This document shows positions 28,131 through 37,480 of a stretch of 41,579 nucleotides of DNA, piece by piece (positions within the stretch are counted from its first letter, which is position 1; each line of letters starts with the position of its first letter). Location: positions 1 through 41,579 of the forward strand of contig JBIIGV010000011.1 in NCBI GenBank assembly GCA_044236265.1, read 5' to 3'. A program made the position numbers and the translations under genes. The DNA comes from Oligoflexales bacterium (GTDB lineage: Bacteria; Bdellovibrionota_B; Oligoflexia; Oligoflexales; RGVZ01). The notes beneath the pieces are model-generated. The model was not told the DNA's origin. It worked only from the letters and a program-made list of their open reading frames with translations, and did no database searches.

Positions 28131-29987
28131 ATGGCATCGTCTCTTGACGACGTAAAACAAAGAATCAAAGCGCGAGTTCCGCTCGATCAGCTGATCGGCG
28201 AAACGGTCACGTTGGTGCGCCGGGGTACAAGCGTGACAGCTTGCTGCCCATTCCACGCGGAAAAAAGTCCAAGTTTCCATGTGTATCCCGATCAGCATTA
28301 TTATTGTTTTGGGTGCAAGGAAACTGGCGATGCCATCACATTTGTGAGAAAAACCCGGGAGATGTCTTTCATTGATTCTCTCAAGTATCTGGCGAGTAAA
28401 TACGGAATCGAAGCGCCTGAATTGGAAGAATCAGACTTTCATAAACGCCGACGTGGTGAGCAGGCTGTCTTGGCCCAGATGTTGGCGGCAGCGCAAGATT
28501 TTTTCAGATCGGAACTGAAGACTGCGCGCGGGGCGGAAGCAAAAGCCTATCTTTTGTCACGTGGATTTACTGAGGAAACGATCGAGGAGTTTGGCTTTGG
28601 CCTGACGCCTGCGGAAGGCTTTGGTCTAGTGAAGCACTTGCGTGCACTTGGTTTTCGCGAAGATGACATGATTCGTGCAAGTCTCGCTGTCGTAAGCACG
28701 AAAACCGGACGTCCCTATGATTTCTTTCGCGATCGCATCATGATTCCGATCAAGGACGTTCAAGGACGCGTTATTGCTTTCGGCGGACGCACCACGGTGA
28801 ATGATCCAGCGAAGTACAAAAATAGCGGCAGTACGCCACTCTTTGACAAATCAGCAGTTTTGTTTGGTCTGGATCAGGCAAGAGACGCTATCAAAGACAA
28901 ACGCCAGGCGATCATCGTTGAGGGCTACATGGATACCCTATGTCTTTGGCAAGAGGGTTTTCGGCATGTAGTTGCGTCGATGGGCACGGCCTTGACAGTG
29001 CGACAATTGAAATTACTTTTCCAAAACACAAAGGTGTCTGACGTGATCATTCTGTTTGATGGTGACTCGCCAGGACAGAAAGCAACTTTGGATGCCGTGG
29101 ATGTCGTGCTCGAGGTACCAGAGCTAAACGTTAAAGCCGCTAAGCTCTCCGGTGGAGATGATCCCGACACTTTCGTGCGCAATAAGGGCAGCGATGCTCT
29201 TGGGGTAGTCATTGGTCATGCGGTGGATCTCATCGATGCGTCGATCGGCGCCAAGCTTGTCGGGATTTCACCGGCTGCAATTCCGAGTGTTGTAACCCGG
29301 GACTTTGTTCCATGGCTCTCGAGAGTCGAAGATCCTATTAAACGCGGTTATCTGGTTAACCGAATATTTGGTCTGACTGGGGTTCCTGCGGAAGCGATTC
29401 ATCGTCAGCTGAGGTCTTTTACCCTGGCGCCCACTCATGGTGCACGACAGATGGTGACGCCTCCCGTTGGGTCAGGGTCCGATTCCGCGGCTGGGGGCGA
29501 TCGTCTCAAAGTATTGCCAACCAGGGCTTTGACCCCAATCGAGAAAGGCTTTTTAGGGAACCTTTACTTTGCGACCTCTGGGGACATTGATCCTGGCGTG
29601 GTCGGAGGCTTTGTATCGAAGGAGCTTATGCTTGAGCCTCTGTGGGAGCAATTTGCGCGACAGGTGATCCAATGTCACGTAGAGGGCGTTGTACCGCGGG
29701 AAAATCCCGCATTGTTGGCGGCCTACTCACCGGAAGAGGCGCAAATTCTAGCTGCAATTACGGACCTTTCCCCTGATACTTTTGCCACTGAAGATCGTCG
29801 CCGCTCTTTGGAAAAGTTAATCCTTGAGCAAAAGCGAGCCAACATCCAGCAATCCATTGCGCTGCTCAAAAGGCAGGTTCAGGTTGCATCAAGTCAGTCG
29901 CCGCAGGATGTGCCCGGGTTTTTAGCCGAGGTTATGGCGCTCACGCAAAGCTTGTCCGCCTTGGAGCGGTCCCTGAGTGGTCAGTAA
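28131..29987 (+). CDS. dnaG: DNA primase
   Basis: CHC2 zinc finger CPFHAEKSPSF..CFGC, FGGR, KYKNS, and TOPRIM VEGYMD, FDGD, DPD. Confidence 0.98.
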   Translation: MASSLDDVKQRIKARVPLDQLIGETVTLVRRGTSVTACCPFHAEKSPSFHVYPDQHYYCFGCKETGDAITFVRKTREMSFIDSLKYLASKYGIEAPELEESDFHKRRRGEQAVLAQMLAAAQDFFRSELKTARGAEAKAYLLSRGFTEETIEEFGFGLTPAEGFGLVKHLRALGFREDDMIRASLAVVSTKTGRPYDFFRDRIMIPIKDVQGRVIAFGGRTTVNDPAKYKNSGSTPLFDKSAVLFGLDQARDAIKDKRQAIIVEGYMDTLCLWQEGFRHVVASMGTALTVRQLKLLFQNTKVSDVIILFDGDSPGQKATLDAVDVVLEVPELNVKAAKLSGGDDPDTFVRNKGSDALGVVIGHAVDLIDASIGAKLVGISPAAIPSVVTRDFVPWLSRVEDPIKRGYLVNRIFGLTGVPAEAIHRQLRSFTLAPTHGARQMVTPPVGSGSDSAAGGDRLKVLPTRALTPIEKGFLGNLYFATSGDIDPGVVGGFVSKELMLEPLWEQFARQVIQCHVEGVVPRENPALLAAYSPEEAQILAAITDLSPDTFATEDRRRSLEKLILEQKRANIQQSIALLKRQVQVASSQSPQDVPGFLAEVMALTQSLSALERSLSGQ

Positions 29988-30070
29988 TTTTGGCAGGTTG
30001 ATGGGTCTTTAGGGCGATGTTGCTCAAGTAGGCACAAATCTTGCAAACCCTTGAGCCGCTTGGGTTTTTG

Positions 30071-30099
30071 TTGCAACTCTTGGGCTTTCTGGATAGTAT
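30071..30099 (+). promoter_or_regulatory. Putative sigma70 promoter for rpoD
   Basis: TTGCAA-N17-TAGTAT in the dnaG-rpoD intergenic region. Confidence 0.5.
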
Positions 30100-30210
30100 C
30101 GAGCGCTTATCTCTCTAACGCCAGCAGGCGCTTAACCGCAGCCGGTCGTTTTTGTTGATCGTGCGCTTTCTCGTAATGGTTTTAAAATTTTTTATTTTTT
30201 GAGGCAATCC

Positions 30211-32553
30211 ATGGCCAAGACCAAGGCAAAATCTAACGCAAAATCAAAAAGCCCAACTCCCAAGGGAGCGGCAAAACTTGCGAAGAAACCCGCAGCGAAA
30301 GTTGTCGTCAAAGGCTTGGCCCTCAAGTCTAATAAGTCCAAACCAAAACCAGCTACGGTGATGGCAGCATCAAAAAAACCAGCAGCGAAAAAAGTTGCTC
30401 CGAAGTCTGCTCCGAAGCCAGCCAAGAAAGTTGCGACACCTGCAAAAGCGGTTGCTAAAAAACCTGTGGCTCCGAAAGCCGCTGCTGCTAAATCCCCGCA
30501 GAAACCTGTGGCTGCGAAAGCAAATGCAAAAACAGCGGCAAAACCAGTATCAAAGCCGCTCGTTAAAACTCCTGTGAAGCAAGAAGCTCCTGCTGTTGTA
30601 TCGACGAAGGCAGCTGCACCAGTTGTTGAACAACCGCGTCGTGGTCGCCCACCAAAGGCTACAAACGGTGTGGATGCAAAACCACAAACTACTGAGGTGA
30701 AGGTTCCGGGACGCAGAGGTCGTCCCCCGAAAAATCCCTTGCTCGACATTCCCGGTGTCACCGGTGCAAAGTCCGGCGGTTTGGAGTTACACAAAATTAT
30801 CGAAGGATTGGCTAAGCAATTTAAAAAAGCCGGAACAGTGGCATTCAAAGATATTGAAGCCGCTTTTCCCAAGGGCGCAATCAATCAAGACCTTTTGGAC
30901 GACGTTATCGTCTCGTTGCAAGACCGTGGTATCGAAATCGCAGACCGTCGCGGTGCTGCTGGGCTTCGCAAAGGAGCTAGTGGCGAAGAGGAGATGATCG
31001 GCGGTATCGATGAAGACGGTGATCTTGGTGGAGACACAGAAGCTGGTGATGCTGAAGGTGAGGAGGGAGCAGAGGCTCCAGCCGAGTTTGATGCATCTGA
31101 TGCGGCCATTGGTAAGTCTAATGACCCAGTAAGAATTTACCTGCGCAAGATGGGTGCGGTCGCTTTGCTTTCTCGCGAAGGCGAGGTTGTTATCGCCAAG
31201 AAGATCGAAAATGAAGAAAACAGAATTCTTGAGCGCGTACTGGGCTTCCAAATCGGTATGGATGCGATCATCGGTACTGCGAAAGCTTTTGTTGCAAATG
31301 AAGTGCGCATGAAGGCCTTCATCAAGGGCTTTGACGATGACGAAGCTAGCAACAATGAGCAGGAACACTTTGAGAAGGTTCGTCTTCAGACCGTTGAGTT
31401 TTTGAAGATTCATGATGAGTTCGAAGCGGTTGCCAAGAAAGCTGCCAACAATCCCAAATTGGTGGCTAAAGTTGATGGCGTACGTGAACGAATTTTCAAC
31501 GGCTTAAAAGAACTTAACATTAACCGTAAGCTTTTAGCTGGCGTGATCAACCAGATGGCGCAATTTGCCAATGCTGCACGAGAAGCTCGTCAGGATATGG
31601 AATATTATGCCCGCCGTCTTCAGACCAACATTGAAGACTTGGGTAAGTACATCGGCTCTGGCAACACGAAGCCTTACGGCTCTGCCGGAGATCGTGAGTG
31701 GTTGCGCATTGTTCGTAACTTCCAGGCAGCACAAGATACGATTCAGCGAGTGCAGCAACAGACTGCAATGACCCTGGATGATCTCGCGTCTGCTCACAAA
31801 GATTTGGCGATCATGCACCAGGCTGCAGAAAACGCTAAGCGTGAGCTGGTGGAGGCAAACCTTCGCCTGGTTGTTTCGATCGCTAAGAAATATACCAACC
31901 GCGGTTTGCAGTTCCTTGACCTGATCCAGGAAGGCAACATCGGTTTGATGAAGGCCGTAGAGAAGTTCGAGTATCGTCGTGGATACAAGTTCTCGACTTA
32001 CGCCACATGGTGGATTCGTCAGGCAATCACACGTGCCATTGCCGACCAGGCCCGCACGATTCGTATTCCTGTGCACATGATTGAAACAATCAACAAGATG
32101 ATTCGTACAAGTCGCTTCCTTGTTCAGGAAATGGGTCGCGAACCGACACCTGAAGAGATCGCAGCACGGATGGATCTGTCTGTCGACAAGGTGCGTAAGG
32201 TTCTTAAAATTGCAGTTGAGCCTATCTCGCTTGAAACACCGATCGGCGAGGAGGAAGATAACCATATTGGAGACTTCCTCGAGGATAAATCGCAGGCAAG
32301 TCCAAGCGAAAGCGTTATGACGGGAAGTCTTTCCGAGCAGACACGCAAAGCTCTGGCTACTTTGACGCCACGGGAAGAAAAAGTTCTTCGCATGCGTTTT
32401 GGTATTGCCGAACGCAGTGATCATACCCTAGAAGAAGTAGGTCAGAATTTTGATGTTACGCGCGAGCGTATCCGTCAGATCGAGGCGAAGGCTCTCAGGA
32501 AACTTCGTCACCCAAGCCGCAGTAAGAAACTGCGCGCGTTTATCGAGGGCTGA
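30211..32553 (+). CDS. rpoD: Primary sigma factor RpoD with long basic N-terminal extension
   Basis: [58 protein letters not shown] and [23 protein letters not shown] precedes ATG 30211. Confidence 0.98.
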   Translation: MAKTKAKSNAKSKSPTPKGAAKLAKKPAAKVVVKGLALKSNKSKPKPATVMAASKKPAAKKVAPKSAPKPAKKVATPAKAVAKKPVAPKAAAAKSPQKPVAAKANAKTAAKPVSKPLVKTPVKQEAPAVVSTKAAAPVVEQPRRGRPPKATNGVDAKPQTTEVKVPGRRGRPPKNPLLDIPGVTGAKSGGLELHKIIEGLAKQFKKAGTVAFKDIEAAFPKGAINQDLLDDVIVSLQDRGIEIADRRGAAGLRKGASGEEEMIGGIDEDGDLGGDTEAGDAEGEEGAEAPAEFDASDAAIGKSNDPVRIYLRKMGAVALLSREGEVVIAKKIENEENRILERVLGFQIGMDAIIGTAKAFVANEVRMKAFIKGFDDDEASNNEQEHFEKVRLQTVEFLKIHDEFEAVAKKAANNPKLVAKVDGVRERIFNGLKELNINRKLLAGVINQMAQFANAAREARQDMEYYARRLQTNIEDLGKYIGSGNTKPYGSAGDREWLRIVRNFQAAQDTIQRVQQQTAMTLDDLASAHKDLAIMHQAAENAKRELVEANLRLVVSIAKKYTNRGLQFLDLIQEGNIGLMKAVEKFEYRRGYKFSTYATWWIRQAITRAIADQARTIRIPVHMIETINKMIRTSRFLVQEMGREPTPEEIAARMDLSVDKVRKVLKIAVEPISLETPIGEEEDNHIGDFLEDKSQASPSESVMTGSLSEQTRKALATLTPREEKVLRMRFGIAERSDHTLEEVGQNFDVTRERIRQIEAKALRKLRHPSRSKKLRAFIEG

Positions 32554-32570
32554 TCTGGCACTCTAAATAA

Positions 32571-32606
32571 AATTACGACGCTCCCGAACGGGAGCGTCGC
32601 AATTTT
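32571..32606 (+). terminator. Hairpin after rpoD (terminator or processing site)
   Basis: cgacgctccc-gaac-gggagcgtcg followed by caatttt. Confidence 0.7.
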
Positions 32607-32611
32607 GGTGG

Positions 32612-32687
32612 GGGCTCATAGCTCAGTGGTTAGAGCAGCGGTCTCATAAACCGCTGGTCCCTGGTTCAAGTCCAGGTGGGCCCACCA
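32612..32687 (+). tRNA. tRNA with CAT anticodon, most likely tRNA-Ile2 (lysidine-modified)
   Basis: 76-nt cloverleaf: acceptor GGGCTCA/TGGGCCC, anticodon arm GCGGT-CTCATAA-ACCGC, GTTCAAG T-loop, encoded CCA. The paired 1-72 position and lack of three G-C anticodon pairs argue against initiator Met. Ile2 versus elongator Met is inferred from the sequence pattern and position after rpoD. Confidence 0.9.
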
Positions 32688-32742
32688 CTCAGTCTTTCTT
32701 AAAGTATTGGTTTGTATTTATACCTTTCGATGCTTGTTCAAC

Positions 32743-32785
32743 CCGCTGGAACAGATCTTGAAAAAGATGGGCCAGCGGTTTTTTT
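32743..32785 (+). terminator. Probable terminator after the tRNA
   Basis: Outer stem ccgctgg/ccagcgg, inner atctt-gaaa-aagat, then T7. Confidence 0.55.
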
Positions 32786-32973
32786 CGCAAAGATTACTTA
32801 GTAGTCACGGCCGTGGTGGCACCGCAGTCGTGGGTGAATTGCATGCTTTTTAGCCAAGTTAATATTTGATGAATGGCCCAAATTGTTTGACTTGCACGAT
32901 TGTAAAAGGAGACAATGGGAGGAAAGAAACTTCTGTAAGAAATGTGATTAAGCTTAAACGGTTAAGGGAATTT

Positions 32974-33960
32974 GTGAACCTACGTTTTCGTCACAAGCTT
33001 AGTTTGACCACTCTAGCCATAGTGTCTTCTTTTTTGGGAGCCACTGCATATGGCGGGGTCGTCGTCGGTGATACGCCCATTGGTGACAATCCCCAGGTTG
33101 TTCTTGGTCTTCCGACCTCCGAGAGTGATTCCTCGATCACGGTCAGTCGTAAACAGTACGTCATCAGTTGGAACTTTGAGCGTCGCATACCAGAGTGGGT
33201 TGCATGGAGCCTTAATAAACGCCTTTTGGGTGAGGTGACGCGGTCAAACGTCTTTCGACTGGATCGAGATCTGGACGAAGCCTTGGTTGAGCAAAATATG
33301 GATTCCGTTGGTCCGGGAGACTACCGAGGCTCCTGTCTGGACCGCGGGCATCAGGTTCCGAGTGGCGATCGGACGGCAACTGAAAATGACAATGAATCAA
33401 CCTTTCAAATGAGTAATGTGTTGCCTCAGTCGGCCCACTTAAACCGACGAACCTGGGTCAGTCTAGAGCGGTTTCTTCGCCGTCAGGTCCTTGAGAACAA
33501 TCAAACGTTGCAGATTTACGCCGGCGTCATTCCGGATACGCGCTCAAGTGTTATTGGACCAAACAGCGATATTCATGTCCCTGCAGCCAACTTCAAAGTG
33601 GCAGTATTTCTACCAACGCCTAAAAATAAATTGAAAAAGACGCAGTTTTTCGTCGTCAATTTCCCGAATCTAACCAGTAAAGGCACTCATCCCGTTAAGG
33701 ATCACAAGCAGGCTTGCTGGGACTCGGAGCACACGGTTCGATTGGATGAAACAAATCGTCAGTCCTACTGGCGGGAGCATCTTACTAAGCTTAATTCGAT
33801 AGAAAAACATTCGGGACTTCAATTTGAGTTCTTGGATGATGCCCATGAAATGACAGCTGCTGAGGTTGATCAGTTGATTGCGGACGAAAACCAAAAATAT
33901 TTCAACGTACAAACTCAAACCTATCTGCAGCCCAGTGCCATTCATCAATCTGCACCGTGA
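32974..33960 (+). CDS. Secreted DNA/RNA non-specific endonuclease (NucA/EndoG family)
   Basis: PEWVAW, LDRGHQVPSGD and TFQMSNVLPQ..LNR..W. Signal peptide follows GTG 32974 (start uncertain). Confidence 0.9.
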   Translation: MNLRFRHKLSLTTLAIVSSFLGATAYGGVVVGDTPIGDNPQVVLGLPTSESDSSITVSRKQYVISWNFERRIPEWVAWSLNKRLLGEVTRSNVFRLDRDLDEALVEQNMDSVGPGDYRGSCLDRGHQVPSGDRTATENDNESTFQMSNVLPQSAHLNRRTWVSLERFLRRQVLENNQTLQIYAGVIPDTRSSVIGPNSDIHVPAANFKVAVFLPTPKNKLKKTQFFVVNFPNLTSKGTHPVKDHKQACWDSEHTVRLDETNRQSYWREHLTKLNSIEKHSGLQFEFLDDAHEMTAAEVDQLIADENQKYFNVQTQTYLQPSAIHQSAP

Positions 33961-34364
33961 AATAGACAGCGCAATGATCCCTGAATGAGTCTGACGGGTT
34001 TGCTCGAATTTAGACTTCCGATCCGGACGTCGTTTGATGCGCCGCCGGGACGGCTCGGCAGTCTAAGATATATTCCATTTCCACTATAAATTTCCCACCT
34101 ATGCTCAAAGGATTGAGTGACCAACAAATCCTCCACCTCTAAATTGAGGTCGTAACCCCAGCTCAGTTTGAATAGATTGCCAGGGTAAAAATTTACAATC
34201 ACAAAAGCCTCCTTGTTCTGGCACTCAAGGGCTGCAAAGCGCTCCATGGGCTGGTTTGGGGTCGTGTCTCCTAGCAATCGGCTCGAAAGCAATAAGGCTC
34301 CCAATGCTAGGCAGCCCAATCTGGCAGATAAAGCTTTGTGAACGTGGTTAGTTTCTTCCTTCAT
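33945..34364 (-). CDS. Hypothetical, probably exported small protein
   Basis: Perfect SD AAGGAGGT before ATG 34364 and a hydrophobic leader LGCLALGALLLS. Confidence 0.6.
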   Translation of the reverse strand: MKEETNHVHKALSARLGCLALGALLLSSRLLGDTTPNQPMERFAALECQNKEAFVIVNFYPGNLFKLSWGYDLNLEVEDLLVTQSFEHRWEIYSGNGIYLRLPSRPGGASNDVRIGSLNSSKPVRLIQGSLRCLFHGAD

Positions 34365-34495
34365 GGCACCTCCTTGATGGCACGAACCTGATTTGATCGA
34401 GATTCAATTGCCGAATATGGTAAAATGAAGGGATTGTCAGCTTTGAAACGGCAGCTATTGGGAATGTCATTGAGCGACCCATGGAGGCGATAAGA

Positions 34496-35896
34496 ATGAA
34501 TGTGATGATGAAGATAGCATTGTCCGCATTATTGGTAGGTTGTATGCCGATCAAGAATAGCGGGACTGCAGACAAATCGACTTTGAAGTTCTTTTCATCC
34601 GGAGATGTTTCGGTACTTTTTCATCCTGTCGATCCTAGTTTGCAAATCATTGCCAAAGAGTTGCAGTCTGCTCGTCAGAATATTGATATCGCCATGTACT
34701 CCATGGACGTCACTCCGGAGAGTCCCGTTATGCAGACACTCTCCAGTGCAGACATGCAAAGCCGGATTCGTAGCGGCGCCTTGCGCATTCGCGTGATCTT
34801 TGAAGGCTACGGCAGTGACGAAGATAATAAAACCAGAAGCGAGGCTCTGGAGAAACTTGGTGTTGACGTGCGTTGGTTCTCAAGTAACCGCAAAGTTCAT
34901 CACAAGTTTGCAGCTATTGATGCGGGTTCAGCCGATGCAGCCGTAATTACTGGTTCTGCAAACTGGTCTCTTGGCTCGATGAAAAACTACGATGAAGCCA
35001 TCTTGGTTCTGCGCGCTTATCCTGGTGTGACGATGGCATACCAGAAAGAGTTCAATTTACTCTGGGGCCTTTCCGACGAATTTGGAGCAACTCGATTTCC
35101 GGAGACTCATCCAACTGCAAATATCGCCATGGAGTCAGGTGTTAAGCCGTTATTTAATTCAGCGAACTTTGCAATCAGTGGCAAACGTATCTCGGTGATT
35201 GAGCCAAAACTTTGGACATTAACGCGCTCATTGGTAGCCGCGATTGATGCTTCGAAATCGTCGATTAAAATTGCAACAACGAGAATCGTTTTACGACCAG
35301 TTTATAACGCCCTGCTCAGGGCTGCCGCGCGCGGAGTCAAGATTGATATTTTAGTCAATCAGGATGAATACGAAGTCCCAAACATCAGAAAAAAAGCCGT
35401 TCTTTCAGACTGCGCTAACGAGTACGACGAAAAGTGCTCAACAAGCACTGACTTCCCCTGGTTTCTTGATTCAGTGCAGTATCCAGGCAAAGAGAACGTC
35501 AAAGTTCGTATCAAGTTTTTCAGCTTGAATACACAGGTTACGTTGGCCAAACAAATGCACGCAAAATACATCATTATTGATGAAGAACGTGTCCAAAGTG
35601 GATCCTTTAATTGGAGTACGTCTGCTGAATATAACCATATTGAAAACGTCGTAAATTTAGAAAATTCAAACTTTGGTAGCGTGATTTCTGCTTTTGAGGA
35701 CAATCACCGGCGTGTCTTCAATCAGGGACGTGATCAGTACGAAGGGTATATTTCTCGTATTGAAAATGCGATCAAAACAGGTGTGAAAACAGACTGTGGA
35801 TTTTATCCAATGGCACTGACGTTCTCGGAAATTGATTATCTTCTGGATAGTGGGCAGAGAGCTGGAAACAAACCGTTTAGGGAAGCCTGCAATTGA
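34496..35896 (+). CDS. Phospholipase D superfamily lipoprotein with two HKD motifs
   Basis: Lipobox LVG-C, HHKFAAID..TGSANWS and MHAKYIIID..SGSFNWS. SD GGAGG precedes ATG 34496. Confidence 0.9.
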   Translation: MNVMMKIALSALLVGCMPIKNSGTADKSTLKFFSSGDVSVLFHPVDPSLQIIAKELQSARQNIDIAMYSMDVTPESPVMQTLSSADMQSRIRSGALRIRVIFEGYGSDEDNKTRSEALEKLGVDVRWFSSNRKVHHKFAAIDAGSADAAVITGSANWSLGSMKNYDEAILVLRAYPGVTMAYQKEFNLLWGLSDEFGATRFPETHPTANIAMESGVKPLFNSANFAISGKRISVIEPKLWTLTRSLVAAIDASKSSIKIATTRIVLRPVYNALLRAAARGVKIDILVNQDEYEVPNIRKKAVLSDCANEYDEKCSTSTDFPWFLDSVQYPGKENVKVRIKFFSLNTQVTLAKQMHAKYIIIDEERVQSGSFNWSTSAEYNHIENVVNLENSNFGSVISAFEDNHRRVFNQGRDQYEGYISRIENAIKTGVKTDCGFYPMALTFSEIDYLLDSGQRAGNKPFREACN

Positions 35897-35911
35897 TTTG
35901 AAGTCTTAAAT

Positions 35912-35944
35912 AAAAGACCTGGCCAACGGGGGCCAGGTCTCTTA
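35912..35944. terminator. Terminator between convergent genes
   Basis: Perfect 10-bp stem agacctggcc/ggccaggtct with an A-run on the left (a T-run on the minus strand). Confidence 0.8.
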
Positions 35945-35967
35945 TGTTTCGAAGCGATGTTTAGAAA

Positions 35968-37137
35968 TTACATTGATTGAACGAGCGATCGAGGAACAAC
36001 AATTCCGAATCTGCCTTTGGTAGCGATCGCTTTGATGTATCCTAAATCCATGCGGTAATAGCCATCAGGCGAGGATATGACGCTTTTGCCGACCTCATTT
36101 GTCGATGAGCCTGCACCCCAGCTGTTCTTAAACTTTACGTATGCCAGCTGCTCGGCAGATTTTCGAACCTCTTGCTGAAGTTCCTCATCAGGGATTGCTC
36201 CCTCAACTCCATTAATATTCACGAAGTCCGTAATCAGAACGGCATGACCTCCGTTGAGCCCGATAATGGAGTCAACCAGTTCTGGGTTGGCATCAAGATC
36301 AGTAGCCTTGAAGTTTGGTGCCAAAAACAGGCCGCCTTTCAGATTGTCGTAAGATACGCCAAAACTTAGAGGGACACTGTACCCAGCGGCGAGAGTCTTC
36401 TTGGCAATTTGGATCAAGCGCAATGAGTCGACGGCATTGCGAGCACGTATCGCGACGTAGTCGCTACTTTTGAATCCGATGACGTCTCTGGCATACTCTT
36501 GACTTGTCATAGTCTTGCCATCAATGGTCAAAGACGATGGCGGTCTCGACGGAAATGCTCCCTCAGCAGTCAAAACAGCGTCAAGCGATTCATTGGATAT
36601 ACTTTGCTCTCCAGTTAGCAGAGCTTTAAATGGCTCCTGGATAGCGGACTTTAGGCGTCGAGCTGATTCTGGCGAATCAAACTTAACGGACCAAATAGAT
36701 TCTGGAACAAGTCCGAAGTCGTCAATCAACTCCATGGCATCCCGAGATTTCTCATGATCTCCAGCACGTACAACCCATCCTTCGAGGGATTTTCCGCGAG
36801 TGCTTTCCAATGCGGTTTGCAGAGAGATCGATCCTTTCCGAAAAGAGGTGGCGATCTCTTTGAGTTCGTTTCGCATGCGTAGATAGCCGATAGCTTCTTC
36901 GCTGAGATTAATGGTCTCGCCAGTCTTCACCTTGTGATTAGACTCAATGAGTCCAATCGTGGCATAAGACCAGCAAAACCCGATACTAAATTGGTTTTCA
37001 ATCGGTGTTTGCTCGATACTGACGGCATCGATAGTTGACGATTGCGGTTTCACTCCGCACGCCGTCAATGACGTCAAGATAATAAGCATGGCGACGCAGG
37101 TAGCGTAGCACACCAGTCGCGCAGACATTCGGTCCAT
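35968..37137 (-). CDS. Papain-like (C1) cysteine peptidase lipoprotein
   Basis: Lipobox LTA-C, NQFSIGFCWSY, LSEE, GGHAVLI and KNSWG. Confidence 0.88.
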   Translation of the reverse strand: MDRMSARLVCYATCVAMLIILTSLTACGVKPQSSTIDAVSIEQTPIENQFSIGFCWSYATIGLIESNHKVKTGETINLSEEAIGYLRMRNELKEIATSFRKGSISLQTALESTRGKSLEGWVVRAGDHEKSRDAMELIDDFGLVPESIWSVKFDSPESARRLKSAIQEPFKALLTGEQSISNESLDAVLTAEGAFPSRPPSSLTIDGKTMTSQEYARDVIGFKSSDYVAIRARNAVDSLRLIQIAKKTLAAGYSVPLSFGVSYDNLKGGLFLAPNFKATDLDANPELVDSIIGLNGGHAVLITDFVNINGVEGAIPDEELQQEVRKSAEQLAYVKFKNSWGAGSSTNEVGKSVISSPDGYYRMDLGYIKAIATKGRFGIVVPRSLVQSM

Positions 37138-37480
37138 GGCAACATCCTTTCACTACAGCAGCAGCAAAATATGATTCAACAACAACAGCAGGATCAGTCG
37201 TAGACGGCGATAAGCCTCCTTTTCAGCACTTTCTCTCGAGGGTTGGTCACTTGGCCAAAACCCTTTAAACCCACTCTCCATGTTATTTTAATAATGTTTA
37301 TAATTCAACATTAAAATGTATAAAATAATATTAATTTTAATAACACTTTGAAATTGTTGATTTTTCTGCTTATTGCCGGCTAGAATTAGGCCTTCTGCGA
37401 GATCAGCAGAGTTTTAACCGTCCTTATGCTAAGACACAGAGCTCAGTCAGCTCAGACGAGTATAGGATTTGGAGGCGTAG

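Noticed and set aside
30192..32424. Long antisense ORFs (230, 208 and 296 aa) opposite rpoD
   Set aside because: They are shadows of low-complexity sequence and codon bias in a conserved gene, with no motifs.
34391..34417. sigma28 promoter before the PLD gene (GCCGAATA)
   Set aside because: No acceptable -35 box at the required spacing.
32612..37400. Prophage or integrative element at the tRNA
   Set aside because: No integrase, phage genes or repeated tRNA 3' end was seen in the window.
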